Source: an uncultured Candidatus Binatia bacterium (lineage in GTDB: Bacteria > Desulfobacterota > Binatia > UBA9968 > JAJDTQ01). From it: 64,000 nt of DNA. Below, in pieces: positions 20,271 through 30,088 of this stretch. The translations under genes and the position numbers were made by a program. Under the pieces are notes generated by a model, which saw only the letters and a list, made by a program, of their open reading frames with translations, did not search any database and was not told the origin of the DNA. Location of the stretch: positions 3,232,001-3,296,000 of the forward strand of contig OZ219754.1 of the NCBI GenBank assembly GCA_964291295.2. The letters run 5' to 3'. How positions within the stretch are numbered: the stretch's first letter is position 1; each line of letters starts with the position of its first letter.

Positions 20271-20744
20271 TCAGCCCGGGTCCAGAGCCAGCTCCCGCCG
20301 CTTGCCGAACCCTTGCCGGTTGTCGATGTAATACAGCGTCTCCGGAATCACGCGGTAGAACTTCACCTTGAGAAAGGCCCGATGATAGATGCCGCTTTCG
20401 GGATCGGTGAACAGGCTGATGATGCCGGGATACTTCTTCGCGTAGACGGCCATGGCCTTGCCCTTGGCCAGCACCGAATCGACGCGTTCCGCCCTTCCCT
20501 CGAGCTGGATCCCCTTGATCTCCCGCCAGTCCCTGTAGTCCTCCTGGACCGTCACCGCCACCCGGGGGTTGGCCGCGAGGTTGGCGCAGTGGCGCGAGTC
20601 AGGAGCGGAGAAGAAATAGAGCTGAAACCCGTCGCTGGCGTAGAAGACCGTGGCGTTCCACGGCACCCCGCGCAGGCAGGTGCCGAGGGTCATGGTGTTG
20701 TGGGTCCGGAGGTACTCGAGAATCTGTTCCTCAAGTTCGGGCAT
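20271..20744 (-). CDS. PNPOx-like (YhbP-like) split-barrel protein
   Basis: MTLGT...PWNATVFYA, SRHCANL..NPRVAVT, IKGIQLEG, IDNRQGFGKR. Confidence 0.85.
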   Translation of the reverse strand: MPELEEQILEYLRTHNTMTLGTCLRGVPWNATVFYASDGFQLYFFSAPDSRHCANLAANPRVAVTVQEDYRDWREIKGIQLEGRAERVDSVLAKGKAMAVYAKKYPGIISLFTDPESGIYHRAFLKVKFYRVIPETLYYIDNRQGFGKRRELALDPG

Positions 20745-20787
20745 GTGGGAATCGGCCGGCCGGCGTCGAACCGCGCGCGTCGACCGC

Positions 20788-21381
20788 CTACTCCTTGTCT
20801 CCGGGATAGCGGCTCAGGGACGCCTCGTCCCACCGGTGGAACATGTCGGTCTCGATCTCGAACTGGTCCAGGATGCGGGCCACGGTCTGGTTGATGACGT
20901 CGTCCAGGCTCTCCGGGCGGTGATAGAAGGCCGGCACCGGCGGGAAGATCACCGCGCCCATGCGGGTGAGCTGTGCCATGCTCTCCAGGTGGCCCAGGTG
21001 CAACGGGGTCTCGCGCACCACCAGCACCAGCTTCTTCCGCTCCTTGAGGATCACGTCGGAGGCGCGCACCAGCAGGTCGCCGCCGACGGAGAGCACGATG
21101 CCGCCCATGGACTTCATGGAGCACGGCGCGATGACCATGCCCGCGGTGCGGAAGGAGCCGCTGGCGATGCTCGCGCCGATGTTCTGGATATCGTGCACCA
21201 CGTCCGCCAGGCCTTCCACCTCCTTCGCCGTGTGCGGTGTCTCCACCTGGAGCGTCATCCTGGCGGCCTTGCTCATGACCAGGTGGGTCTCGATGTCCGG
21301 GATCGGCGCCAGAACCTGGAGGATGCGGATGCCGTAGATCGATCCGGTGGCTCCCGACAATCCTACGATGAGACGACGCAT
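20788..21381 (-). CDS. ubiX: Flavin prenyltransferase UbiX
   Basis: GLSGATG, IASGSF, APCSMKS, RASDVILKERKKLVLVVRETPL, PPVPAFYHRP. Confidence 0.96.
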   Translation of the reverse strand: MRRLIVGLSGATGSIYGIRILQVLAPIPDIETHLVMSKAARMTLQVETPHTAKEVEGLADVVHDIQNIGASIASGSFRTAGMVIAPCSMKSMGGIVLSVGGDLLVRASDVILKERKKLVLVVRETPLHLGHLESMAQLTRMGAVIFPPVPAFYHRPESLDDVINQTVARILDQFEIETDMFHRWDEASLSRYPGDKE

Positions 21382-21387
21382 GCTGAT

Positions 21388-21891
21388 TTACCTCCTGTAA
21401 CCGCCCTGTTTCCCGTATGGGGTGCGCCGCGTTCCGCCGGCCCCGGGCGCCCTGCCGGGCGACGGCGGACCGCCGAAGACCACCATCAACGCGTCCCCGT
21501 CCCGCACCGAGTGGGCCTGCTTCAACGAAACGGCGGCGACGATCTCCAGCTTGTCGGCGGGATAGTTCTCCACCGCCGGCACCACCACCGCGACCCGCCT
21601 CCGGAAGCCCGTCGCGGGCGCCCATCCCTGGACAAAGCCCGTGAGCAGGAAAGCGTTGCAGAAGGCCGGATCCGGCGGCAGCAGCATCACCCGGCTGCCG
21701 TGTTGCCTGACTTGGCCCCACCGGTCCAGGTCGTCGCCGTGCACCCGCAGATTGAGCGTGCCGGGATAGGGGTCGAAGCCGACCCGCTCCCTGACCGCGT
21801 TCCGCACCCAGTCGATGCCCAGGAACGCGCCGGCCCGGCCCAGGTCCGAGAACACCACTCCCTTGACCAGAATGTCGCGGTCGAGGCTCAA
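21388..21891 (-). CDS. CTP-dependent (archaeal-type, DUF120) riboflavin kinase
   Basis: KGVVFSDLGRAGAF...VGFDPYPGTLNL...LEIVAAVSLK...VRDGD matches the MJ0056 family pattern; TTG start overlaps upstream TGA. Confidence 0.85.
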   Translation of the reverse strand: MSLDRDILVKGVVFSDLGRAGAFLGIDWVRNAVRERVGFDPYPGTLNLRVHGDDLDRWGQVRQHGSRVMLLPPDPAFCNAFLLTGFVQGWAPATGFRRRVAVVVPAVENYPADKLEIVAAVSLKQAHSVRDGDALMVVFGGPPSPGRAPGAGGTRRTPYGKQGGYRR

Positions 21892-22661
21892 CGGTTCCGG
21901 GACAGGGACTGCGCCTTGCCGCCGCGCCGGACCTTGATGATCTCGCCCAGGATGCCCAACGCGATCTCCTCGGGAGTCTCGGTGCCGATGTCGAGCCCGA
22001 TGGGAGCGTAGACTCGGGACAGGAGTTCCTCGGAGATCTGCTCCTCGTCCTTGAAGCGCTCGAAGCAAGCCTTGATTCGCCGCCGGCTGCCGATCATGCC
22101 GATATACTTGGCCGGCCGTCCCAACAGCTCGCGCAGGCACGGCTCATCGTACTTGTGGCCGCGGGTGATAAGGACCACGTAGGTGGTCGGGGTGATGTCG
22201 AGCGCCTTCACGGTCTCGGCCATGTCACCCACCACCACCTCGTCGGCGGCGGGGAATCGCTCACGGTTGGCAAAGAGCATGCGGTCGTCGATCACCACCA
22301 CGTGGTAGTCCATGAGCTTGGCGATCTTCACCAGCGGCACCGCGATATGTCCGGCGCCGACGACGACCAGCTTCGGCGGCGCCGGCATCACCTCGAAAAA
22401 GACATCCGCCTGCCCCCCTGACGCGGTCTCCAGCGACACCAGTCGGGAGTGCTCGTCCGAGAGCCGCTCGGCCGCCTCCCGGACCAACGCCTGCTCGAGT
22501 TCCGGGTCGCTCACCGCGCCCAGTACCATGCGCCCGTCCCGGAACAGGCACTTGGTGCCGCTGTCGAAACCGTCGAGGCCCCTGGACTCCACCACCGTGA
22601 CGAGCACCGCGCCCGCACCCTCCCTCTCGATCCTGATCAGTTCCTGAACCAGTGCGTCCAT
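21888..22661 (-). CDS. xdhC: XdhC/CoxF-type molybdenum-cofactor insertion chaperone
   Basis: VVGAGHIA, VIDDR...RERFP, TRGHKYD, YIGMIGSRRR, YAPIGLDIGTETPEEIA. Confidence 0.92.
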   Translation of the reverse strand: MDALVQELIRIEREGAGAVLVTVVESRGLDGFDSGTKCLFRDGRMVLGAVSDPELEQALVREAAERLSDEHSRLVSLETASGGQADVFFEVMPAPPKLVVVGAGHIAVPLVKIAKLMDYHVVVIDDRMLFANRERFPAADEVVVGDMAETVKALDITPTTYVVLITRGHKYDEPCLRELLGRPAKYIGMIGSRRRIKACFERFKDEEQISEELLSRVYAPIGLDIGTETPEEIALGILGEIIKVRRGGKAQSLSRNR

Positions 22662-22720
22662 TCGTCCTCGCCCTTGCCGTCTCGCGCCGTCCCGTGGTGC
22701 GGCGCTCCCGCCCGGACTCC

Positions 22721-23050
22721 TCAGTCGGTCTCCGGGTCCTTCCACCAGGGATCGATGAAGACGTTCATGATGCCGCCGCATACCGCCGGACTGTCGGACG
22801 AGATGTCGTCCAGAAGATCCACGCGCACGGTGCGGGGCTTGCGCGTGCGCACCACCTCGATGGCCTCGCGCCGCACGTCGGCCTCGCCGCACCCGCCGCC
22901 GATGGTGCCGAGTATCTCGCCCCACGCCGTCACCACCATCTTGGCTCCCACCTCCCGGGGCGTGGAGCCCCGGGTGGAGACGATGGTGGCCACCGCCACG
23001 GTTTCGCCCTTGTCGAGGAACTCCCTGACATCATCGTAGATGGATTCCAT
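22721..23050 (-). CDS. Stand-alone XdhC/CoxI N-terminal domain protein
   Basis: VATIVSTRGSTPREVGAKM, GTIGGGCGE, VCGGIM.VFID; GGAGG SD. Confidence 0.88.
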   Translation of the reverse strand: MESIYDDVREFLDKGETVAVATIVSTRGSTPREVGAKMVVTAWGEILGTIGGGCGEADVRREAIEVVRTRKPRTVRVDLLDDISSDSPAVCGGIMNVFIDPWWKDPETD

Positions 23051-23103
23051 GCATGCCTCCTTGCGGCGCCGGCCGCCGCACCACGCGACAGACCCCGCCC
23101 GCC

Positions 23104-24327
23104 TCAGGCCACCAGCCGGCGCATGGTGTGGCCGAGATGGACCAGACTGTTGGCGTTGTGCGCCGAAAGAAACAGGTCCAGATACGGCAGCGCCGCCTGC
23201 ATGCCCTTGCACAAGGGCTCGTAGTTCTCGCTGGCCAGCAGCGGATTGAGCCAGATCATCTTGCCGCAACGCCGCTTGAGGGCCTGCATCTGCCGTTCCA
23301 GCACGCCCACGTCGCCCCGGTCCCAGCCGTCGCTGATGATGACCACGACGGTTCGGTGGGTGACCATGCTGACCGCGAAGTCCCGGTTGAATATCTCCAG
23401 CGACCGCCCGATGTTGGTGCCGCCGGACCACCCCAGCACGCTCCGGGATATCTTCTCCAGCGCGTTGCCGATGTTCTTGGTGCGGATCAGATGGGTGATG
23501 CGGCTCAGGGTGGTACTGAAGACGAAGGTCTCCACCCCCCACAGCTCGTTCTGCAACCCGTACATGAACTGGATCAGAAAGCGGCTGTAGCAGTCCATGG
23601 AGCCGCTCACGTCGCACAGGAGCACCACCCGGGTCTTCTTGATGCGGCGCTTGCGCGCCACCAGTTCCACCAGTTCGCCGCCATACTTGATGTTGCGCCG
23701 CATGGTGCTGCGGGGATCGATTTCCGTACCCCAGCGGGCCCGCTTCCGGCGCCGGCTCACCTGGGTTGCGATCTTCGAGGCGATGAGCAGGATGGCCTGG
23801 GTCACGGCCCGGCTCTCCTCGATGCCCATCTCGCTGAAGTCCTTTTCGTTGAGCTGCTCGTTGGGGCTGTAGGTGGGCACCCGCAGCGGGTCGGCATCAT
23901 CGGGGCTGTCATCGCCGGCATCCTGCCGCTCCACCAGCGTCTCATCCACGGTGCCGCCGTCGTCGTCGTCGGATGCATCCAGCGCCTCGTCCGGGCTCCG
24001 GGCCGGAACCTCCATGGTCTCGATGCCGTCTTCGATCTCCGGATCGCCTTTCCAGAAAGTATCGAACACCTGGTCGAAGAGCTCGATGTCCTCGTGGTCG
24101 TGGAGCAGGTTGGCGGCCAACGCCCGATGGAAGTCCGGCCGGCTCCGGATGTCGATATGCGGCAGAGATCGGTTGGCGTCGATGACCTGACTCAGGCCGA
24201 GGCGGAAGCCCAGATCCTTCAGCACCCGGCCGAACATCAGCAGATTGGCCAGCGTGCCCTGCTCCCGCAGCGGCCGGTAGCGCTCCACCGCGCGGAGGAT
24301 CTCGTCTTCATTCAGCTCTTTCGCCAT
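23104..24327 (-). CDS. VWA-domain CoxE-like protein
   Basis: LCDVSGSM MIDAS, WSGGTNIG, IISDGWD, IWLNPL. Confidence 0.92.
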   Translation of the reverse strand: MAKELNEDEILRAVERYRPLREQGTLANLLMFGRVLKDLGFRLGLSQVIDANRSLPHIDIRSRPDFHRALAANLLHDHEDIELFDQVFDTFWKGDPEIEDGIETMEVPARSPDEALDASDDDDGGTVDETLVERQDAGDDSPDDADPLRVPTYSPNEQLNEKDFSEMGIEESRAVTQAILLIASKIATQVSRRRKRARWGTEIDPRSTMRRNIKYGGELVELVARKRRIKKTRVVLLCDVSGSMDCYSRFLIQFMYGLQNELWGVETFVFSTTLSRITHLIRTKNIGNALEKISRSVLGWSGGTNIGRSLEIFNRDFAVSMVTHRTVVVIISDGWDRGDVGVLERQMQALKRRCGKMIWLNPLLASENYEPLCKGMQAALPYLDLFLSAHNANSLVHLGHTMRRLVA

Positions 24328-24349
24328 GGTCCTGCCCGGGCCGGCGGCG

Positions 24350-25276
24350 CTAGTGATGTTCCACCACCGTGGCCGGTTCCTTGAGGATCCGCTCCATGTC
24401 GAGCTTGTCGCCGGACAGCTCTTCTTCCAGGTGGTGCAGGTCCTCGCGGTACTTGAACACGCACCCCACCGTCTCCTTCACGATCTCGGGGTCCAGCTCG
24501 GCGCGGTTCAGCAGCAGCAGCGCCGACGCCCAGTCCAGAGTCTCGGCCACTCCCGGCCGCTTGTAGAAGTTCATCTGCCGCACCTGCTGCATGAACGCGC
24601 AGATCTGCTCGGCCATGAGCACCTGGATCTCCGGGTACTTGGTCATGATGATCTCGTACTCCTTCTCGAAAGTGGGGTACTCGATCCAGTGATAGAGGCA
24701 CCGGCGCTTGAGGGCGTCGTGGATCTCCCGGGTGCGGTTGGAAGTCAGGAACACGTAGGGCCGCTTGTCGGCCCGGATGGTCCCCACCTCCGGGATGCTG
24801 ATCTGGAAGTCCGACAACACCTCCAGCAGGAACGCCTCGAATTCCATGTCCGCGCGGTCGATCTCGTCGATGAGCAGCACCGGCGGTTCGCCGCCGTCGG
24901 TGCGGATGGCATCCAGCAGCGGACGGCTGATGAGATAGTCCTCGGAGAAGATCTCGGTCTCCACCGACTCACGGTCCCGGGAGCCGATCTCCTCCAGCTT
25001 GATGCGCAGCATCTGCTTGGGATAGTTCCACTCGTAGAGGGCCGTGTTCGAATCCAGCCCTTCGTAGCACTGCAGCCGGATCAGCCGGGTCTGGAGAACA
25101 TCCGAGAGCACCTTGGCGATCTCGGTCTTGCCCACCCCCGCCTCGCCCTCCAGCAGGATCGGCTTGCCCAGCCGCACCGACAGGTAGACCACGGTGGCGA
25201 GGCTGCGGTCGCAGATGTACTTGCGCTCCCTCAGGGAATCCCGGATCGATTCGACGGTAATGCGGTCCAGATTCAT
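24350..25276 (-). CDS. MoxR-family AAA+ ATPase, CoxD-like
   Basis: LEGEAGVGKT, RLQCYEG, LLIDEIDR, TSNRTREIHDALKRRC. Confidence 0.93.
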   Translation of the reverse strand: MNLDRITVESIRDSLRERKYICDRSLATVVYLSVRLGKPILLEGEAGVGKTEIAKVLSDVLQTRLIRLQCYEGLDSNTALYEWNYPKQMLRIKLEEIGSRDRESVETEIFSEDYLISRPLLDAIRTDGGEPPVLLIDEIDRADMEFEAFLLEVLSDFQISIPEVGTIRADKRPYVFLTSNRTREIHDALKRRCLYHWIEYPTFEKEYEIIMTKYPEIQVLMAEQICAFMQQVRQMNFYKRPGVAETLDWASALLLLNRAELDPEIVKETVGCVFKYREDLHHLEEELSGDKLDMERILKEPATVVEHH

Positions 25277-25354
25277 GCGTATTCCTTCTTTCGCGGACAT
25301 GCCCGTGTCTCGTGAATGCAATTTCGCGCGCGCCGGACGGCGGGACCGCCGCCG

Positions 25355-25687
25355 CTACCCGTCCCCGGCGAGCTGCCGTTTCCACCCCAGGGTTCTGGCC
25401 TTGGCGCCGACGGCTTCGGCCTCCTCGATCATCCCCTTGCGCTGGTAGAAGATGGACAGGCTCGTGTAGGCCAGTTCATCGTCGGGGCTCACCTCGACCA
25501 GGCGCCGGCCCACCTCGATGGCCTCGTCCAGCCGGTCCAGATTCGCGTACGCCATTCCCAGGGCGTGCAGCGCGTCGGCGTAGTCGGGGTCCTCGGCGAG
25601 CGCCTTCCGGTACGACTCGACGGCCTCGTCCACCCGGTCGTCGGCGTACGCTTCCATGCCCTGGATGTAGTATTCCTCTTTGGTCAT
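25355..25687 (-). CDS. Small TPR protein
   Basis: TPR-like helices (AVESYRKAL..DP..ADALHALG..Y); C-terminal ARTLGWK. Confidence 0.82.
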   Translation of the reverse strand: MTKEEYYIQGMEAYADDRVDEAVESYRKALAEDPDYADALHALGMAYANLDRLDEAIEVGRRLVEVSPDDELAYTSLSIFYQRKGMIEEAEAVGAKARTLGWKRQLAGDG

Positions 25688-26078
25688 GGGCCTGCTTCCG
25701 CGTCCACCCTCTCGCCCTGCCGCCGATACGGGGTTGCCGGCATCCTCGTGAGCCACGGGCCTGCAACCCCGCGGCTCGTAATCCCCGCGGCAATGACGGA
25801 CGCCGTGTACCTTACGTCTGTATTACGAATCCGTGACATTCTCAACCGAACCGGCGCCTCGAAGCGCGCCGTGCGCGGCGGGGTCCGCGTGCTCTCCGCG
25901 TACTGTTTCGCCCGCACCCGCCACCGGCCGTCGATGTCGGCCGTCTTCTGGCCACCGGTTGCGTCGTCGGTCCGGTCGGCGTCGTCATGATCGCAGTCCC
26001 GTCAAGGAGCAGGCCACCGGCGCCGCCCGCATGATGCGGGCGCTCGGGGCATGCCGAGGGCCGCCCGTTGCCGGCGAC

Positions 26079-26114
26079 CGGATTCGCGTGCATATTCGGA
26101 TTCGCGTGCATATT
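26079..26114. repeat. Perfect 18-bp tandem duplication
   Basis: cggattcgcgtgcatatt x2. Confidence 0.9.
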
Positions 26115-26183
26115 CGTCACGTGCCGCGGACAACACCGTCGTCACCTGCCGCAGGCAACACCCACAACCCGGAGGACCGCACC

Positions 26184-27281
26184 ATGGCGCAAGCCGCGAC
26201 TCTCGACGAGATCAAGGACCGCATTCGCAAGCGCGTGGGGAGGCGCAGCCCGTTCCACCTCATGGACCCGGCCGAAGCCGAAGGCGTGCTGGCGGGCCTG
26301 AACAGCCTCGATCCGGACCCCTGGGCCGAAGCCTGGAGCCGGCCCGGCGCACGCTGGGAACAGACCGCCATGGAAGCGGAGGAAAAGGGCCGGGCGGGCG
26401 ACGCCGTGAAAGCCTGGTTCCAGGCCGCCGCCTACTACGGCGCCGGACGGCACCCCTTCCCCAGCTCCGCCGGAAAACGGGAAGCCTATCGCAAGACCAT
26501 CGAGAGTTACCTGGCCGCCGCCCGCCACTTCGACCCGCCGCTGGAGCGCGTCGCCCTGCCCCTGCGCGACCGGGAGGTGGTGGGGTACCTGCGCCTTCCC
26601 GCCCGGAGGCCGGCGCCGCTGATCATGCACTGGGGCGGCATCGACAACTGGAAGGAGGAGCGTCACAGCTTCGTGGAGGCCATGCTGGCAGAAGGCTGGG
26701 GGTGCTTCATCATGGACAGTCCGGGCACCGGGGAAGCGCCGGTACCCGCCTCCGACACCGCCGACGAGGTCTACCGCGTGGCGCTGGATCATCTGGTGAC
26801 CCGGCCGGAAGTGGACCCGGACCGCATCGCCGCCCTGGGCGCCAGCTTCGGCGGTTACTGGTCCACCAAGCTGGCCCACGCGGAGCCGGAGCGCCTTCGC
26901 GCCGCGGTCAACTGGGGCGGCGGCATACACGGCTTCTTCCAGCCCGACTGGCAGCAGCGTTCCCGCAACGCCTCCTCCTACCTGTTCGACCTCATCGAAG
27001 CCCGAGCCAACCTGTTCGGCAAGCGGACCTTCGAAGAGCTGTGCGAGGTGATGCCCATCCTGTCCCTCAAGAACCAGGGCCTCCTCGACAAGCCCTGCGC
27101 GCCCCTGCTGCTGGTCAATGGCAAGGACGACCTCCAGGTCCCCATCGAGGACTTCTTCATGCTGCTGGAGTGCGGCAGCCCCAAGGCCATGCGCCTCTTT
27201 CCGGGCGGCCACATGGGCGAGTCGCCGGACGTGTTCCCGACGATCCTGCGGTGGCTGCACCGGGAACTGGACAGCCCGTGA
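26184..27281 (+). CDS. Alpha/beta hydrolase, FrsA / 2,6-dihydroxypseudooxynicotine hydrolase-like
   Basis: WGGIDNWKEE, GASFGG nucleophile elbow, NGKDD, GGHMG; GGAGG SD. Confidence 0.88.
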   Translation: MAQAATLDEIKDRIRKRVGRRSPFHLMDPAEAEGVLAGLNSLDPDPWAEAWSRPGARWEQTAMEAEEKGRAGDAVKAWFQAAAYYGAGRHPFPSSAGKREAYRKTIESYLAAARHFDPPLERVALPLRDREVVGYLRLPARRPAPLIMHWGGIDNWKEERHSFVEAMLAEGWGCFIMDSPGTGEAPVPASDTADEVYRVALDHLVTRPEVDPDRIAALGASFGGYWSTKLAHAEPERLRAAVNWGGGIHGFFQPDWQQRSRNASSYLFDLIEARANLFGKRTFEELCEVMPILSLKNQGLLDKPCAPLLLVNGKDDLQVPIEDFFMLLECGSPKAMRLFPGGHMGESPDVFPTILRWLHRELDSP

Positions 27282-27306
27282 CAGACCGCGGGCGAGCGCC
27301 CCGGCC

Positions 27307-28944
27307 CTACCCCACCTTCTCCCGCGCCTCCACGATCTTGCGGACCACGGCCTCCACGTCCGCTTCGTCCACGAACGGCGACAGGATGTAGGACTTCAGC
27401 GCGTAGATGGGTTCGCCGTAGCGAGTGCGGCGGTAGCAGTCGGTGGAGGAGATGACGACGCCGCGACCCGCCATGGCTTCGGCGTGGACGTACTCGAAGA
27501 CCTCCCGGTTGAACCCGTTGTGAGCCCGCAGAGTGTCGCGGAAGGCCGGGTCGTCGAACTCCTGGCGCTTGATGGCGAAGGTGTCCACGGACGGCGGATA
27601 GGCGCGGAACAGGGTCACGGTGCCGAAGTTGTCGCGGTTGAGCACGGTGGTGCCTTCCCGTCCTTCGAGGTGTTCGCGCAACAGCTGGGCCATCTCCACG
27701 ATGTGCCCCAACACCACCTGCAGGCCCTGCCGTCCGAACAGGCGATAGTTGGCAATGGCGGCGAGGGGACCGGTGCCGGCCCGGGACGTCTCCAGCGTGT
27801 ACATGCCGGGCCGGTATTCCCCGAAGTGATAGAGGTACGGCATCTGTTCCGGTTCCCGGGCAACCCGCTGCAGGTCGGCGCGGTCCCTGGCCAGCAAGAG
27901 GCTGGAGACGTATGGCGTGAACCCGGTCTTGTGGAAGTCCACGCCGACGGAATCCGCCAGCGACAGATGGCGGATGCGACGGCACGCCCCGGCCAGCGCG
28001 CGCAGCGTGCGCGGCCGGAAACCCAGCGGATTGCCCTCGAAATCGTAGTCGTTGAACACTGCCCACGCCCAGCCGATGACCGCGTCGGCGTGGACGTGCG
28101 GGCGGTAGGCCAGATGGAACTCATCGGCCAGCGCGTCCCGCAACGCGACGATGGTCTCGAGGTCGTCGAGGCCGAAGGAGTCGGTGGTGCCCATGGTGGC
28201 GATGATGGCGGCGATCTTCCTGCCTTCCGCCAGGGCCTTGCGGGCGGCTTCTTCCAGGCGCTTCAGGTCGATCTCGTTGTCCGGGGTGGTGGGCACCGTC
28301 ACCAGGTTCCGGGTACCGAGGCCAAGCCATCCCGCGATGTTGGCGGCGCAGTAGTGGCCGGCATCCGACACCAGGACCACGGCGTCGTCCGATACGCCGT
28401 TGCGGATGGCATCCGGGCAGGCCTTCTCCAGGCCCATCTTCACTCCGTAGAGAGAGGTGCCGGTGCCGCCGAAGGTGAACACGCCGCCGGCTTGTTCCGG
28501 ATCGTAGCCCACCAGTCCCGCGGTCATGCCCGTGGCCTCGACTTCGGCCAGGGCCACCCGCCGGCTGTGCTCGTCCCAGGCGATGTTGGGGTTGTGCAGG
28601 GCCGCCAGCAGCACGCCGATGACGCTGGGAATGGTGGGCGGCGGCACCACGTTCTGCTGCGTGCGCGGGTGGCCGAACAGGGTCATGCCCTGGAGGTAGC
28701 CGACGAGGTCGGCGGTCACCGCCTCCACCGATGACGGTCCCGGCGGCAGGACCGCCGTCCGCGCCGCCTCGAAGTCACCCGCCGTCCGCGCGCCGAGTAT
28801 CGGCAGTTCCGTCTTGAGCGCGTCCACCTGATCGAGGGCGCGCATGATGGAATGGACGAAGTACGAATCGTGGATGGGATCCGACACCGGCTGGGGAAAC
28901 GCCAGCCGCACCTGGTCCAGGATGTCTCGATAGGGTATCGCCAT
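27307..28944 (-). CDS. Group II PLP-dependent decarboxylase
   Basis: FTFGGT, TMGTT..FGLD, HADAVIG, DFHK (PLP lysine). Confidence 0.9.
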   Translation of the reverse strand: MAIPYRDILDQVRLAFPQPVSDPIHDSYFVHSIMRALDQVDALKTELPILGARTAGDFEAARTAVLPPGPSSVEAVTADLVGYLQGMTLFGHPRTQQNVVPPPTIPSVIGVLLAALHNPNIAWDEHSRRVALAEVEATGMTAGLVGYDPEQAGGVFTFGGTGTSLYGVKMGLEKACPDAIRNGVSDDAVVLVSDAGHYCAANIAGWLGLGTRNLVTVPTTPDNEIDLKRLEEAARKALAEGRKIAAIIATMGTTDSFGLDDLETIVALRDALADEFHLAYRPHVHADAVIGWAWAVFNDYDFEGNPLGFRPRTLRALAGACRRIRHLSLADSVGVDFHKTGFTPYVSSLLLARDRADLQRVAREPEQMPYLYHFGEYRPGMYTLETSRAGTGPLAAIANYRLFGRQGLQVVLGHIVEMAQLLREHLEGREGTTVLNRDNFGTVTLFRAYPPSVDTFAIKRQEFDDPAFRDTLRAHNGFNREVFEYVHAEAMAGRGVVISSTDCYRRTRYGEPIYALKSYILSPFVDEADVEAVVRKIVEAREKVG

Positions 28945-29131
28945 GAAACCGCGTTCCTCGAATCAGTGTGGTGATGGCAGAGCGGAGATGCCCCCGGAGG
29001 TATCCCGCGTCTTCAGTTTACAGGGAAACGGCCAGGTCTCCAGCGACCGGAGCGGCTCCTGGCGGGCGCCCCATACCGCCGCCGACGTCACCGCCCCCGG
29101 GAACGGCCGCCCCGGGGACCGACCTGGCCAG

Positions 29132-29842
29132 CTACCCGAACAGCCCCGACAGCGCATCCACCGACGCGCGCGTGTCGGAAAAGTCCGCCAGGAGCCGATC
29201 CGGTTGCAGCTTCCGGAGTGCTTCCAGGGTATTGTAACGGCCGGTGGCCACCAGCACGCATTTCATGCCATTGGTCCTGGCCGCCTTCAGGTCCCGTGGG
29301 GTGTCGCCGACGATGACGCAGTCGCCGGGTTCCACCGTGAGACCCAGATGGCGGCACCAGCGTTCCAGGGCCATGGCGGGGAGGTCGTTGCGCACCGCGG
29401 AGTCGCTGCCAAAGGCGCCGGGGCCGATGTGTTCGCCCACGCCCGCGGCCTGGAGCTTCAGGCGGGCGGTGACCTCCATGTTGCCGGTGACCACACCGAG
29501 GCAGAGGTCCGGCACGCGGCTCAGTGTGCGCACCAGCTCCGGGACGCCGGGCAGTGCCCGCACACGGGTGGACCCCTCGGAGAGGGCCTGCCGGTAACAG
29601 GCCTCGAGATGCCGCCCGAAGGTCGGCCAGTCCGCCGGACCCCACTCCACCTTTCGACCGGCCGCGTCGAAGATCTCCCGCAGGATCTGAGGATCGGTCT
29701 TGCCGTCCGGGCGCACGGTGCGGATGTCGCCGGGAAAGCCGAAGGTTCGGAGGATCGCCTGATTGAAGGCGATATGGCCGTCCCGGGAACGGAGCAGGGT
29801 GCCGTCGAGATCGAAGAAGACGATTTTGCGCGCGCTGTTCAT
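29132..29842 (-). CDS. HAD-family phosphatase
   Basis: FDLDGTL, DGKTD, VTGN, IVGDTPRD. Confidence 0.9.
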   Translation of the reverse strand: MNSARKIVFFDLDGTLLRSRDGHIAFNQAILRTFGFPGDIRTVRPDGKTDPQILREIFDAAGRKVEWGPADWPTFGRHLEACYRQALSEGSTRVRALPGVPELVRTLSRVPDLCLGVVTGNMEVTARLKLQAAGVGEHIGPGAFGSDSAVRNDLPAMALERWCRHLGLTVEPGDCVIVGDTPRDLKAARTNGMKCVLVATGRYNTLEALRKLQPDRLLADFSDTRASVDALSGLFG

Positions 29843-29913
29843 CTGGATACGGGAAACGGATGGACATGGGAAACTTATACGTCCGCCGCGCGCTTGGAAA
29901 GGGACGGCCGGAA

Positions 29914-29942
29914 TTGACAACACCACCGGTTCAGGCTACGAA
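29914..29942 (+). promoter_or_regulatory. Possible sigma70-type promoter for the aminotransferase-serA-purA operon
   Basis: TTGACA at 29914-29919, 17 bp, weak -10 TACGAA. Confidence 0.4.
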
Positions 29943-29953
29943 TGGACTGGCAC

Positions 29954-30088
29954 GACCGTGGATGCAGACCGTGGATGCAACCACGAGAGAGTGCCCACGA
30001 GAGAGTGCCCACGAGAGATACCACGAGAGAGTGTGCCTCCAGCCTCTACGGCCTTTACCAGCCCTTGCCAGCCCAGCCTTTACCAGCC
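29954..30088. repeat. Cluster of three different short repeats
   Basis: gaccgtggatgca x2 (29954-29979); ccacgagagagtgc-like x4 (29981-30034); gcctttaccagcc x2 (30051-30063, 30076-30088). Confidence 0.88.

Noticed and set aside
29954-30088. Repeat cluster as a mini CRISPR array
   Set aside because: Units are 13-14 bp, adjacent, without spacers.
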